Shown here: piece after piece, positions 41,790 to 51,286 of the stretch
Layout of the letters: each line of letters begins with the position of its first letter
How positions within the stretch are numbered: position 1 is the first letter of the stretch
Source of the DNA: Cyanobacteriota bacterium
GTDB lineage: Bacteria; Cyanobacteriota; Cyanobacteriia; Elainellales; Elainellaceae
DNA: 64,000 nt
Assembly: GCA_046719575.1 (NCBI GenBank)
Contig: JBDNCP010000002.1
Span: 2,689-66,688 of the forward strand
Direction of reading: 5' to 3'
The notes under the pieces: generated by a model
Databases searched by the model: none
Told to the model about the DNA's origin: nothing
The model's input: the letters and a program-made list of their open reading frames with translations, nothing else
Translations under genes and position numbers: made by a program

Positions 41790-42136
41790 GAAGTTAATAT
41801 AGCAAGATTTTTTGGATCAAAACCTTTTTTTATTAGGTTTTTATGGCAAATAGTTTTGATGTCAGCGCGAAATTTTCCTGGTTGCCGTTTGCTTTCCCAC
41901 GCTGGGGAACTTGTCTGCGTCCGGCAACCGTCCTCTATAGCTGGAGACATCTGTTCTCCAAGCCTGGAAGGTTGGGGGGCTAGCCTTCCAGGCAAAAAAT
42001 TTGTACAACCTGAAGTTCGCTGGGCTAGAAGCTTGCAGCGCGTCTATGGCAAGACTTGTCGTTAGAATGAAAGAGCAATCGCTTCCGTTCTTTTTGCAAG
42101 AATTTCTCTATCCATTGCCCTTTCTAGCCTGCCGTC

Positions 42137-43012
42137 ATGTCTGCCAAAACCCAGCTTATCGGTCTGCAATCTGCCCACTTTCGCCACCCGCTTGACTTGC
42201 AAGCAACGCAGGCATTGCAGCAGCTTCCGGGGCTGGATCTGGCGATTCGCGGGCTGATGGGGCCAGTAGCGGAGCAGTTTTTTCAGCTTGAGAACCTGGC
42301 ATCGGGCATTTTGGTGAGCGATCGCCAACTCCCCCAGCTTCACGGGCTGTTGCTAGAGGCGTGCAAGATTCTCGATCTGGAGCCGCCCCAACTCTACGTG
42401 CGGCAAAACCCCACGCCCAACGCCTACACCTTTGCCATGCGCGGCAAGCAGCCCTTTGTGGTGATTCACACCTCACTGATTGACCTGCTCACACCAGAGG
42501 AAATTCAGGCGGTGATTGCCCACGAACTGGGACATCTAAAGTGCGAACACAGCGTTTATCTGACGATGGCGAATATTGCGGTGTTGGCGGCGGGGCAGTT
42601 GGGGCTGCCGCTGGGGCCGCTGGTGGCGCAGGGCTTGCAAGAGCGGCTGCTAGAGTGGGTGCGCTGTGCCGAGTTTACGTGCGATCGCGCTGCGCTGCTG
42701 GTGGCCCAAGATGCCCGCGTGGTGGCATCGGTGCTGATGAAGCTGACGGGCGGCTCTCCTGCCCTGGCCAGCCAGCTAAATCTGGACGCATTTTTGGAGC
42801 AGGCCCGCGCCTACGACGACCTCAGCCTCAGCGAAATGGGCAAAATGCTCCGCGAAACCCAGACCGCCCAGCGCACACATCCGGTTCCGGTACTGCGGGC
42901 CCGAGAAATCGATCGCTGGGCCAGCAGCCAAGAATATGAAAAGCTGTTGCATCAGCGCCCAATCCCGTATAATGAAAAAGCTAAATCTCAGGGCGGGTGG
43001 CGAAACTGGTAG
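42137..43012 (+). CDS. M48 family zinc metallopeptidase
   Basis: PNAYT, AVIAHELGH, EFTCDRAA and THP.P.LRA motifs. Confidence 0.93.
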   Translation: MSAKTQLIGLQSAHFRHPLDLQATQALQQLPGLDLAIRGLMGPVAEQFFQLENLASGILVSDRQLPQLHGLLLEACKILDLEPPQLYVRQNPTPNAYTFAMRGKQPFVVIHTSLIDLLTPEEIQAVIAHELGHLKCEHSVYLTMANIAVLAAGQLGLPLGPLVAQGLQERLLEWVRCAEFTCDRAALLVAQDARVVASVLMKLTGGSPALASQLNLDAFLEQARAYDDLSLSEMGKMLRETQTAQRTHPVPVLRAREIDRWASSQEYEKLLHQRPIPYNEKAKSQGGWRNW

Positions 43013-43072
43013 ACGCACCACACTCAAAATGTGGCACCTTCGGGTATGCGAGTTCGATTCTCGCCCCGCCCA
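42991..43072 (+). tRNA. trnL: tRNA-Leu(CAA)
   Basis: GGGCGGG/CCCGCCC acceptor stem, D loop with GGTAGAC, CT-CAA-AA anticodon loop, long variable arm, GTTCGA T loop; CCA not encoded. Confidence 0.97.
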
Positions 43073-43224
43073 TTTTCAAAAAGCTGGTTCGTTAGACGGC
43101 TTATCTTTACTCATTTTTGACTAGCCTGAGCGCGGCTCACGCGGCTTGGGCTTTTGAACTGCAAAATTTTCCCCGTCCTGATTCGATACACTGGAGGACA
43201 AGCGGTGAAATTTAAGGCTGACTC

Positions 43225-43452
43225 ATGGTTGACGCGCTGCCATCTTCGCCAAACCTGATCACGGATGTCTGGGTGTCCGCGACTTGGGAGATGTTTTTGG
43301 CAAGCGGCGATCGCCCAGAGGCTGAAAACGTCCAGCGCTATTACGATGCGGGCTGGGTGAGAAGCGAAACCATGCCCACGAAGTTAGCACATGGGCAAGA
43401 TAATTTGATCACGGGCGATCGCAGAAGAAGCGCTGTGCTGCGGCCAAGCTGA
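43225..43452 (+). pseudogene. Truncated Uma2/DUF820-like gene fragment
   Basis: TDVWVSATWEMFL...YYDAGWVRSETMP...HG resembles the N-terminus of one Uma2 subfamily, but the ORF ends after 75 aa without the PD-(D/E)xK core. Confidence 0.55.
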
Positions 43453-43556
43453 GGATCACAGTGCAGTGAATCGATGGCTGATGCGCCAGTTTCACGAAAT
43501 GGAACGCTCAACGGAACGCTAAGTGTAAGCTTGTAGAACGCCTGCGAGAAAGCGCT

Positions 43557-44150
43557 ATGACCCAAGCCAAGGCAAAGTTTGCGACCTTTGAAGAATACCT
43601 CGCCTATAGCGATGTAGCGCCGATGGAAGGGCGCTATGAGTTAATTGATGGGGAGTTGGTCGAGTTGCCACCAGAATCGAGGCTCAATAGCACAATCGCC
43701 GTGCGAATTTTGCTGGCCCTTATCGCGGCAGGAATTTCAGTTGATCTGGTTCATCCTGGAAAATGCGAGATTCAGGTACCCGTGCTGCAACCCAAAGACG
43801 CGGCCAATCGCTACCCCGATTTAGTGGTACTGCGCCCCGAACATCTGGCGCTGACCCAGCGACGGCTGACGATTACGCTGGAGATGCCGCCGCCGCGCCT
43901 GGTGGTGGAAGTGGTCAGCTCTGGCAAGCCCAACCGCGATCGCGATTATGTGCGAAAGCGGGCCCAGTACGCAGCGGTGGGCATTCCCGAATATTGGCTG
44001 ATCGACCCGGCAGCGCAGACGGTAGTGGTGCTGTCGCTAGAGGGGGCGGACTATCGAGAAGTCGGCACGTTTGGCGTGGGCGGGGCGATCGCCTCTGTCG
44101 AGTTTCCAGACCTGGCGATCGCCGTCGATCAGCTTTTTTCTCAAGACTAG
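43557..44150 (+). CDS. Uma2 (DUF820) restriction-endonuclease-fold protein
   Basis: TFEEYL, YELIDGEL, RYPDLVV, LVVEVVS and K..QYA..GIPEYWLIDP motifs. Confidence 0.95.
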   Translation: MTQAKAKFATFEEYLAYSDVAPMEGRYELIDGELVELPPESRLNSTIAVRILLALIAAGISVDLVHPGKCEIQVPVLQPKDAANRYPDLVVLRPEHLALTQRRLTITLEMPPPRLVVEVVSSGKPNRDRDYVRKRAQYAAVGIPEYWLIDPAAQTVVVLSLEGADYREVGTFGVGGAIASVEFPDLAIAVDQLFSQD

Positions 44151-44333
44151 GCGCTTTGAGAAAGGCGCTTTGAGAAAGGCGCTCTTGTCAGCGTTTGTTA
44201 ACTTATTTGGTGTCAATGGGCCGTAGTGGCTGAATTTTGTAAAAATGAATACAGAAATAGTTTTCTCTTTTCCTGCTTCCGGGAAAGGGGAAGGTTTTTG
44301 CGTCCTATGCTGCCTTAAGCCGGAGAACACACC

Positions 44334-44579
44334 ATGTCCTTTTACCCAACCGCTGCTGCACGCCCCACGGTGGCTCTGGAGCAGGCGATCGCCCAGGGCT
44401 GGAGTCCGGTTTGCCAAATCACCTACAACCGCGATGCGTGGGTAACGCTGCTGCAACCGCTCAGCGACTACAGCTTCAATGAGGCCAAGCTGCTGTGTGA
44501 GGACTTGTTGGGTCGGTGGGTGGCGTGGGTACCCGATCATGGCGAAGTCATTTTGGACAGGAGCGATTTTTACTGCTAG
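44334..44579 (+). CDS. Small hypothetical protein (81 aa)
   Basis: Clean ORF. The EAKLLCE...RWVAWVPDHGEVIL pattern recalls a small cyanobacterial family. Confidence 0.7.
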   Translation: MSFYPTAAARPTVALEQAIAQGWSPVCQITYNRDAWVTLLQPLSDYSFNEAKLLCEDLLGRWVAWVPDHGEVILDRSDFYC

Positions 44580-44653
44580 GGCGATCGCCGTTTTGGGGGA
44601 ACCGTTTGGCCTGGCAACGTGGACTGTTCTGAAAATTGGCGATGAATTGGGCA

Positions 44654-44890
44654 ATGAATAGCGATTCTGTGATCGACTGGGATGAAATGTTTGAGTATCT
44701 ACCGGGCACGGTGGTAGAACTCAAGGAAAAACCCGGCGCTGTGTATCAAATCGAATCCTACGAGGCGCTGATGGTGCCACCGATCTGGCTGGTGGGCGAC
44801 CCGCGTCCGCGCTATCCCAGCGATTTAAGGATCGTGTCGCGGCGAGAGATTCGGGTTTGCGAACTGGAGCTACAGCCGATGCTGGGGTAA
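44654..44890 (+). CDS. Small hypothetical protein (78 aa)
   Basis: MNSDSVIDWDEMFEYLPGTVVEL...PPIWLVGDPRPRYP; protein-like composition; follows the previous ORF. Confidence 0.7.
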   Translation: MNSDSVIDWDEMFEYLPGTVVELKEKPGAVYQIESYEALMVPPIWLVGDPRPRYPSDLRIVSRREIRVCELELQPMLG

Positions 44891-44940
44891 AACGCACGGC
44901 GCTCCGTTCAAAAAAATTTACATCTGAGGCTTGACGATGC

Positions 44941-45999
44941 CTACACTTCTACCAGTTCTGGTGAGGCTATCGGCAGGTCGCTCCAGTCATACTCAGACAG
45001 GCGGGCGATCGCCCAGTCCAGCAATTCTAGCCCCTGCTCCAGGTTTTCGATCACCGCTAGTTTGCCCCGCAGCACCGCCGCATCGGGAAACCCCTTGGCA
45101 TACCAGGTCATGTGCTTGCGGGCTTGCCGAATGCCGCGATCGCCCTTATATTCCCACAGCATTTCCAGATGGTCGCGGGCACACTGCATCCGCTCCACCG
45201 GGTTTGGTGGCCGGCGCAACTCGCCCGTTTTCAGGAAATGATCCACCTCGCCCACCAAAAAGGGGTAGCCCAGCGTGCCGCGTGAACACATCACGCCGTC
45301 TGCGCCCGTTTCTTCCAGACAGCGTACCGCCGCCTCCACCGAAAAAATATCGCCATTGGCAATCACGGGAATCGACAGCGCCGATTTTACCTTGCCAATC
45401 CACTCCCAGCGGGCAGCACCGTTGTAGCCCTGGGCGCGGGTGCGGCCGTGCAGCGTCAGCATTTGCGCGCCTGCGTCTTCCATGCGGCGGGCAAATTCCA
45501 CCGCGTTGATTTCTTGGTCGCTCCAGCCGATGCGCGTTTTGACGGTGACAGGCACATTGACTGCCTGCACCACCGAGCGCACAATTTCCGCCGCCAGTTC
45601 CGGTTGCCGCAGCAGGGAGGAACCGCCGCCGTTTTTGGTGATCTTGTTCACCGGACAGCCCATGTTGATGTCTACGGTGTCCGCGCCTTCATCCACAGCT
45701 TTTTGCGCGGCCTCTGCCAAAAAGTCTGGCCGACAGTCAAATAGCTGAATGCTAATGGGCCGCTCGGCGGGATCGACTTCCATAATCTTGGGAAGCTGTT
45801 TGACGTAGTGCAGCCCCGTCGCGTTCACCATTTCGGTATACATCATGGAGTCGGGCGCATATCGCCGCACCAGCCGCCGAAACACCAGATCCGTCACGCC
45901 CGACAGGGGCGACTGCAACACGCGGCTTTGCACCTCAAAGCTGCCGATTTTGAGCGGCGAGGCGAGGCGTTGCTTTAGCTCTGGTGATAGCGTAATCAT
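44941..45999 (-). CDS. dusB: tRNA-dihydrouridine synthase B
   Basis: DINMGCP, PVTVKTRIGW, LHGRTRAQ, IANGDI and RKHMTWY motifs. Confidence 0.95.
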   Translation of the reverse strand: MITLSPELKQRLASPLKIGSFEVQSRVLQSPLSGVTDLVFRRLVRRYAPDSMMYTEMVNATGLHYVKQLPKIMEVDPAERPISIQLFDCRPDFLAEAAQKAVDEGADTVDINMGCPVNKITKNGGGSSLLRQPELAAEIVRSVVQAVNVPVTVKTRIGWSDQEINAVEFARRMEDAGAQMLTLHGRTRAQGYNGAARWEWIGKVKSALSIPVIANGDIFSVEAAVRCLEETGADGVMCSRGTLGYPFLVGEVDHFLKTGELRRPPNPVERMQCARDHLEMLWEYKGDRGIRQARKHMTWYAKGFPDAAVLRGKLAVIENLEQGLELLDWAIARLSEYDWSDLPIASPELVEV

Positions 46000-46165
46000 G
46001 GGCAGTTGACGGACGGTTGACGAGCCGTTGAAAGAGCGTTTCACCTGGTGGGGGGCGATCGCTCAACTTTTCTCATTATGGCAGGTGAGGGGGAGGGGTC
46101 AGGCGTTTTGCCGGAATGGTGAGAAGAAGTGCTGTCCGAATGACCGTTCCCCACTGATCACAGCA

Positions 46166-46972
46166 TCACTCCTGCTGCTGCAAAACCCGAATCACATAGG
46201 GAAAGTAGCCATTGTTTCGGTGGGAGCCGATCCAGATTTCGTAGCGGCCGGGGAGCCATTGTCCGGCGATGCCAGGGTTGAGGCTGAGGTAGTTGTCGTT
46301 GCACCAGCTTCCGCCGGGCCCCCTAACGACCAGTGTGGTGTCTTCGGCGCTTTGCACCTGGAGGCTCAAAAACTCAAATGGAGCCGTGAGCGTCAGGATG
46401 TGGTCGGGCTGGGTGTCTACGAAGCCGAGACAGGGCCCCGTGGCGGTTTCGGGGCGGCCAGCCACGTCGCTGGCGGGAATAGGGCCGCCGCTGATGCCGC
46501 GGAGGGTTTTGGGTCTGGGATCTGCGCCAGGGGTGAGGGTGAGGTTTTCAAAAATCGGGCTGCCGCCAAACGCAGCGGGCGATCGCCGTTGGGTGCTGGA
46601 GGGAAACTGGGGCGCGGGGCTGGCGGCGGCTGGCGGCGGTTCGGCAGGTGTCGCAGGCTGTGTCTCAACTATCGGAGCTTCTATCACGGGGGCTTCTGTC
46701 GCCGGGGGTTCTGTCACTGGATTTTCTGTCACCGGAGGGTCAGCCGCTGGCGGCTCGGCGGTCGGCGCAGCGATCGCTGGCTCCGCTGCCTCCTCTTCCC
46801 TAGTGGGGAAGGGAACCGCAGGCTGCAACGGCGCCGACGGGGCTGGCTGAGCCTGGGCGATTCCCGCAGGGATGGCCTCACGAATCGCGCTGGGCGGGGA
46901 GACAGGAAGGGCGATCGCCAGCGGCAGCGCAGCACAGAGAAAAACCCGACGCAAGGTTGCAGAATGAGGCAT
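46166..46972 (-). CDS. Secreted protein with a Pro/Ala/Glu-rich linker and a C-terminal PPC-like beta domain
   Basis: Signal peptide, P.TE repeats, and PDHILTL...DTTLVVRGPGGSWCNDN...GRYEIWIGS. Confidence 0.75.
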   Translation of the reverse strand: MPHSATLRRVFLCAALPLAIALPVSPPSAIREAIPAGIAQAQPAPSAPLQPAVPFPTREEEAAEPAIAAPTAEPPAADPPVTENPVTEPPATEAPVIEAPIVETQPATPAEPPPAAASPAPQFPSSTQRRSPAAFGGSPIFENLTLTPGADPRPKTLRGISGGPIPASDVAGRPETATGPCLGFVDTQPDHILTLTAPFEFLSLQVQSAEDTTLVVRGPGGSWCNDNYLSLNPGIAGQWLPGRYEIWIGSHRNNGYFPYVIRVLQQQE

Positions 46973-47029
46973 GGCAATTTGAACCGTGAATTAGCAAACC
47001 GTCTAGGTGCTTTTGGAGCGAAGCAGAGA

Positions 47030-48487
47030 CTAGGCAGAGGCCGAGTTGGCGATCGCCAGCGCTTGCGTCAGGCGGGCTTTGTCGATCTGCCGCTGATGCA
47101 GCAGCAGCCAGGATTGCACTAGGTCTGGCCCTTGCAGGTCGCCCGTCAGCGCCGCCCGCAGCGACTTCATCACCACGCCCTTTTTCACACCCGCCGCTTG
47201 TACACCCTGCTGAATCACGTCTTGCACCGTGTCTGGTGTGACGGCGGTCGTCTCCAGCGCCGTCAAGATACCCTGAAGCGCCGTGCCCACGCTGGGCTGC
47301 TGGAGTTGCTGCGTCGCTGCATCCGTAAAGCCCACATCCGGCACAAACAGATAGCGAGTCATCTCCACTGCGTCGTTCAGCTTCACCAGGCTAGGGCCGA
47401 CGAGAGCGGCAATTTGCTCTAGCCAGGGGCGATCGCCCGTCGGGTCAAGCTCGTAACCTGCCGCCTGCCACAGGGGAATCAGCAGGTCGGTCAGCTCGTC
47501 TACAGGCTTGTGGTGAAGGTATTGGCTATTAATCCAGTTGAGCTTGTCCCAGTCAAACTTGGCTCCGGCTTTGTTGACCCGATCAAAGCTAAATTGTTTC
47601 GCGGCTTCTTCCAGCGTGAAGATTTCCGCCATACCTTCTGGTGGCGACCAGCCCAGCAGCGTCATGTAGTTGGCGATCGCCTCTGGCGTATAGCCCATGT
47701 CGCGAAAATCAGAAATTGAGGTCACACCGTCTCGTTTCGACAGCTTTGCGCCCGCCTGGTTCAAAATCAGCGGTGTATGCCCAAATTCGGGTACGGTCGC
47801 GCCTAGCGCCTCGTACAGCAAGATTTGCTTGGGCGTGTTGCCGATGTGGTCTTCGCCACGAATGACGTGGCTAATACCCATGTCGATGTCGTCCACCACC
47901 ACCACAAAGTTATAGAGCGGTGCGCCGATTTCCCCCGCTGCCGAAGCGCGGGCAATCACCATGTCGCCGCCCAAGTCGCGCCCTTTCCAAGTGACGGTGC
48001 CGCGCACCAGGTCATTCCAGGAGATTTCCCGGTCGTCGTCGATTTTGAACCGGATAACGGGCTGGCGACCCTCGGCTATGAAGGCGGCTTCCTGCTCCGG
48101 CGTTAAATCGCGGTGGCGGTTGTCATAGCGGGGTGCTTCGTTGCGAGCTTTTTGGGCTTCGCGCATCGCGTCCAGTTCTGCGGGCGTGTCGTAGGCGCGA
48201 TAAGCTAGCCCTTTGTCCAGCAGTTCTTGAATTTTTTGACGATATAGCTCGGTGCGCTGAGTTTGAAAGACCGGGCCTTCGTCCCAATTCAGCCCCAGCC
48301 ATTTCAGCCCGTCGAGGATATTTTCGGTAAATTCCGGGCGCGATCGCTCTAGGTCGGTGTCTTCAATCCGCAGCACAAACTGGCCGCCCTCATGACGGGC
48401 AAATAGCCAGTTAAACACGGCAGTACGAGCGGTGCCGATGTGGAGTTTTCCGGTGGGACTGGGCGCAATGCGAACGCGAACGGACAT
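47030..48487 (-). CDS. gltX: Glutamate--tRNA ligase
   Basis: [25 protein letters not shown] and KLSKR motifs. Confidence 0.99.
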   Translation of the reverse strand: MSVRVRIAPSPTGKLHIGTARTAVFNWLFARHEGGQFVLRIEDTDLERSRPEFTENILDGLKWLGLNWDEGPVFQTQRTELYRQKIQELLDKGLAYRAYDTPAELDAMREAQKARNEAPRYDNRHRDLTPEQEAAFIAEGRQPVIRFKIDDDREISWNDLVRGTVTWKGRDLGGDMVIARASAAGEIGAPLYNFVVVVDDIDMGISHVIRGEDHIGNTPKQILLYEALGATVPEFGHTPLILNQAGAKLSKRDGVTSISDFRDMGYTPEAIANYMTLLGWSPPEGMAEIFTLEEAAKQFSFDRVNKAGAKFDWDKLNWINSQYLHHKPVDELTDLLIPLWQAAGYELDPTGDRPWLEQIAALVGPSLVKLNDAVEMTRYLFVPDVGFTDAATQQLQQPSVGTALQGILTALETTAVTPDTVQDVIQQGVQAAGVKKGVVMKSLRAALTGDLQGPDLVQSWLLLHQRQIDKARLTQALAIANSASA

Positions 48488-48732
48488 GTTTTAGGGGTTA
48501 GGGGTGAAGGATTGGAGGTTCGGTGGGCGACCGGGGATGGCGTGAGGGAATTGACGGCGATCGCCTCAGCACCACCCGACGACGCGCAGCAAACCAACCT
48601 TAAAGATTCTAGCGATTCATGGAACCAGACACCGACTCGTTTACCAAACTCGTTTGGAGGAGTTTAGTGATCTGAGAGGAGTTTGGTGATATGAATTGAG
48701 TGCTTCACACAAGTTGCCTCAGGACACTGGGA

Positions 48733-48960
48733 ATGTCGAAATCTGAAACTCTGGATAAACGCTATCCGCATCTCAGCCGATTCCTGGCGATTCAAGGCTG
48801 GATAGAAATTGGCGCTGATGAGTACAGCACCTCCTTCGTTCGAGCGCTTGATCCCGGCGGCATGGTTTATGAAGGATAAGAGAGCTATGTCACGTTGGAT
48901 GACGCGCTGGCAGACTTGGATCAGGGCATAAAAGAGTGTATGAAGGAGCGTTGCATCTAG
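48733..48960 (+). pseudogene. Small hypothetical gene interrupted by an in-frame TAA at 48877
   Basis: Manual translation: MSKSETLDKRYPHLSRFLAIQGWIEIGADEYSTSFVRALDPGGMVYEG*ESYVTLDDALADLDQGIKECMKERCI*. The reading continues protein-like across the stop. Confidence 0.6.
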
Positions 48961-49054
48961 ACGCAAACCACTCCAGACCCCACACCTGATTCAACCTGAT
49001 CAACCGTTAGTCTGTTTTGCTTAATTCTTGCCTAATTTTTGCCTAATGTTAGAA

Positions 49055-49128
49055 CGGGACCGACGGGGCTCGAACCCGCAACTTCCGCCGTGACAGGGCG
49101 GTGCTCTAACCGATTGAACTACGGTCCC
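49055..49128 (-). tRNA. trnD: tRNA-Asp(GTC)
   Basis: GGGACCGTAGTTCAATCGGTTAGAGCACCGCCCTGTCACGGCGGAAGTTGCGGGTTCGAGCCCCGTCGGTCCCG folds as a canonical cloverleaf. Confidence 0.98.
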
Positions 49129-49265
49129 TTGTATTTGGTGCGCCCGTCGAAAGACGCAATCTCTATTGTGTAGATCTGAGAGCCTTTTGTCAAATGTTTT
49201 GAGAAACTTTTTTGTATTTGTAGACGCTGGGTAGACGCTGGCAGTTTAAGTTTAGCAGGAGCGCA

Positions 49266-51020
49266 CTAGTCCGGAAGCGCCTGGATTTCCTGCGCTTTTT
49301 CGGCAATGAACGCCACCAGCCAGTCTTTGACGCGGTGGGTGGCGCGGCAGTCGTCCTCGTTATAGCGCAGGATGGATTCGAGAAACACGCGATCGCCCGT
49401 TTGCAGCCATTGCGCGTACCAGAAAATCGACTGTGCCCCATTAGCATCGGCATCACGCCAGTTGAACCCCAGCCAGCGGGCGATCGCCTTCAGCGCATAG
49501 CTCTCGACGGGCAGCAGCGCCACCTGCGTCACCCAGTCGTGCAGGTCTACAAACCGCGTCAGTACGCTTTCGACCTGCTCTGGCGCAGCGCCAAACGCCT
49601 CTCCCAATCGGCGCACCGTCTGCACTTCGTAGGGGCAAAAATGAAAAATGGGCGCATCGGGATATCGCCCAAACAAGTCCATCAACTGGTTCCAGACGAG
49701 GCGCTCGTCTTCTGGCGTTTCGGCTAGCAGCGCATAAAACTGGTTGTGGCCCTGCGCCCGATCCACCACCAGCACGCCGTGCAGGTACACTACATTTTGC
49801 TCTGGAGCCGATTCAATATCAAAATACAGCTCGACCTCGGCCGTGGGCAAGCTGCGGTGCTTGACCAGATCCATCAGCGACCCGTGAGACAGAGACGGAT
49901 TCAGTAGCGCCTGCTGACTCAGCGTAGCCTGCGCCTGATGCACCAGCTTGTGAGCGACGCTGGGCCCAAAGCCAGGGAGCATTTCCAACTCTCGAACGGG
50001 CGTAGCCGCCAACGCCTCTAGCGTGGTGATCTGCATCTGCTTGAGGTAAACGTAGCGGCTGGGCGTAACACCAGGAAGGAGAGAAAGATGGCGATCGCTC
50101 GTCGCCAGCCCATAGCAAAAGCTATACCAGTGGCAGAGGTCGCAGCGGTTGTGGGCGATAAACACTTCTGGTTCGCGCTGATTGATCAGCATCTCAGCGC
50201 AGGCATAGAGAATTTCCTCCATGCGCGGCAGCAGGTCAACCAAATCCACCGCGTAGGGGCCGCGCTGCCGCAGCATCAGCCAGCTTGTGTCGCACCATGC
50301 CCCCTGCACCGCCGCCAGCACATAGGCATGAAACGCCGCCATCACCTGATAATCGAGCTTGGGACGCTTGCCCAGGCGAATATCCGTTGGCACGTAGATC
50401 CAGTCGCCAAAGAGGGATTCTCCTGGCTGCCGCACCAGCAAATCCGGGCAACTGACTAGCATCACGCCGTCGCGGTATTCCGTCAGCAGCACGCCGCGAG
50501 AAATGCGCTCGACACCCTGCTGCATCAGCGCCAGGGTCTTCTCCGCGCCCGCCGCCCAGTTCGAGCGGGGATAATCGGCTTCGTGAATCACGGCATCTTG
50601 CAAAATTTCGCGGCGGTGGGCCAGGCTGTCTTGCCGCAGCTTGAGCAAATAATCGCTGGGAGCATCGCAATGGTTCAGATCGCCATAGCGGTCGAGGTAG
50701 GCGCGGCGATGGCAGCGCTGAAAGCTAAACAGCAGTTCATCGGTGAGCCAGATGGTGTGCGGGCCCGGCGCGGCGCGAAATGCGGGATGTTCTCTCGGAG
50801 ACGGCAACACTGCCTGACCACTGTAGGGGTCTGGCGGGCGATCGCCCCCATATTGTGTTGCATAAGCTTCAGCGGAGTATCGAAGCCCCGCATCAGACTG
50901 ATCAAACTTGAGGATTTCAGGCACCGAAACCAGCGAGGCAGAGTATTCGCTCTCCGCCTCTGATCGTTCAAATCGCGGCGGATTAACGGACACACCCCTC
51001 CAGACTGAGTAGGCAGGCAT
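49266..51020 (-). CDS. TM0106 family RecB-like putative nuclease with a C-terminal RNase H-like domain
   Basis: FQRCHRRAYLD, PDLLVR, HCDLC-type Cys cluster (RCDLCHW), LYFDIES, YALK.IA.WLGF.WRD and YNEDDCRAT. The true start is probably downstream of the ORF start. Confidence 0.9.
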   Translation of the reverse strand: MPAYSVWRGVSVNPPRFERSEAESEYSASLVSVPEILKFDQSDAGLRYSAEAYATQYGGDRPPDPYSGQAVLPSPREHPAFRAAPGPHTIWLTDELLFSFQRCHRRAYLDRYGDLNHCDAPSDYLLKLRQDSLAHRREILQDAVIHEADYPRSNWAAGAEKTLALMQQGVERISRGVLLTEYRDGVMLVSCPDLLVRQPGESLFGDWIYVPTDIRLGKRPKLDYQVMAAFHAYVLAAVQGAWCDTSWLMLRQRGPYAVDLVDLLPRMEEILYACAEMLINQREPEVFIAHNRCDLCHWYSFCYGLATSDRHLSLLPGVTPSRYVYLKQMQITTLEALAATPVRELEMLPGFGPSVAHKLVHQAQATLSQQALLNPSLSHGSLMDLVKHRSLPTAEVELYFDIESAPEQNVVYLHGVLVVDRAQGHNQFYALLAETPEDERLVWNQLMDLFGRYPDAPIFHFCPYEVQTVRRLGEAFGAAPEQVESVLTRFVDLHDWVTQVALLPVESYALKAIARWLGFNWRDADANGAQSIFWYAQWLQTGDRVFLESILRYNEDDCRATHRVKDWLVAFIAEKAQEIQALPD

Positions 51021-51286
51021 CGGGTCGCTGCCTCAGTCTTGTGGAAACCTGGAGGTGGGTCGGTCGGCTCGGTAGCATCATGCAGGCAAGCGTTTTCCTA
51101 CTCCTTCATGACTCTACCTTGATCTGGAAAAATCTGCACGGGATTTGTGCAATTGGCAGCAGTTTGTCTTGCGGCGCTTGTCTTGCAGCGCCAAAGCAAA
51201 AGATGGGAACATCGGCAAAGGCATTGCAGAATCCCAACGCCCCACGCCGCTTTCAAATTCAAAATTCTCTAGCTGCTACGCTCGCC

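Noticed and set aside
41860-42025. Assignment as 6S RNA or a TPP, cobalamin or lysine riboswitch
   Set aside because: The diagnostic conserved motifs were not found; left as an unassigned candidate.
46028-47122. 364-aa + strand ORF
   Set aside because: It is antisense to the Pro-rich secreted protein and the gltX end; its G/R-rich composition mirrors the Pro codons.
48664-48966. 100-aa minus-strand ORF in the track
   Set aside because: The opposite strand gives a more protein-like, stop-interrupted frame (48733-48960).
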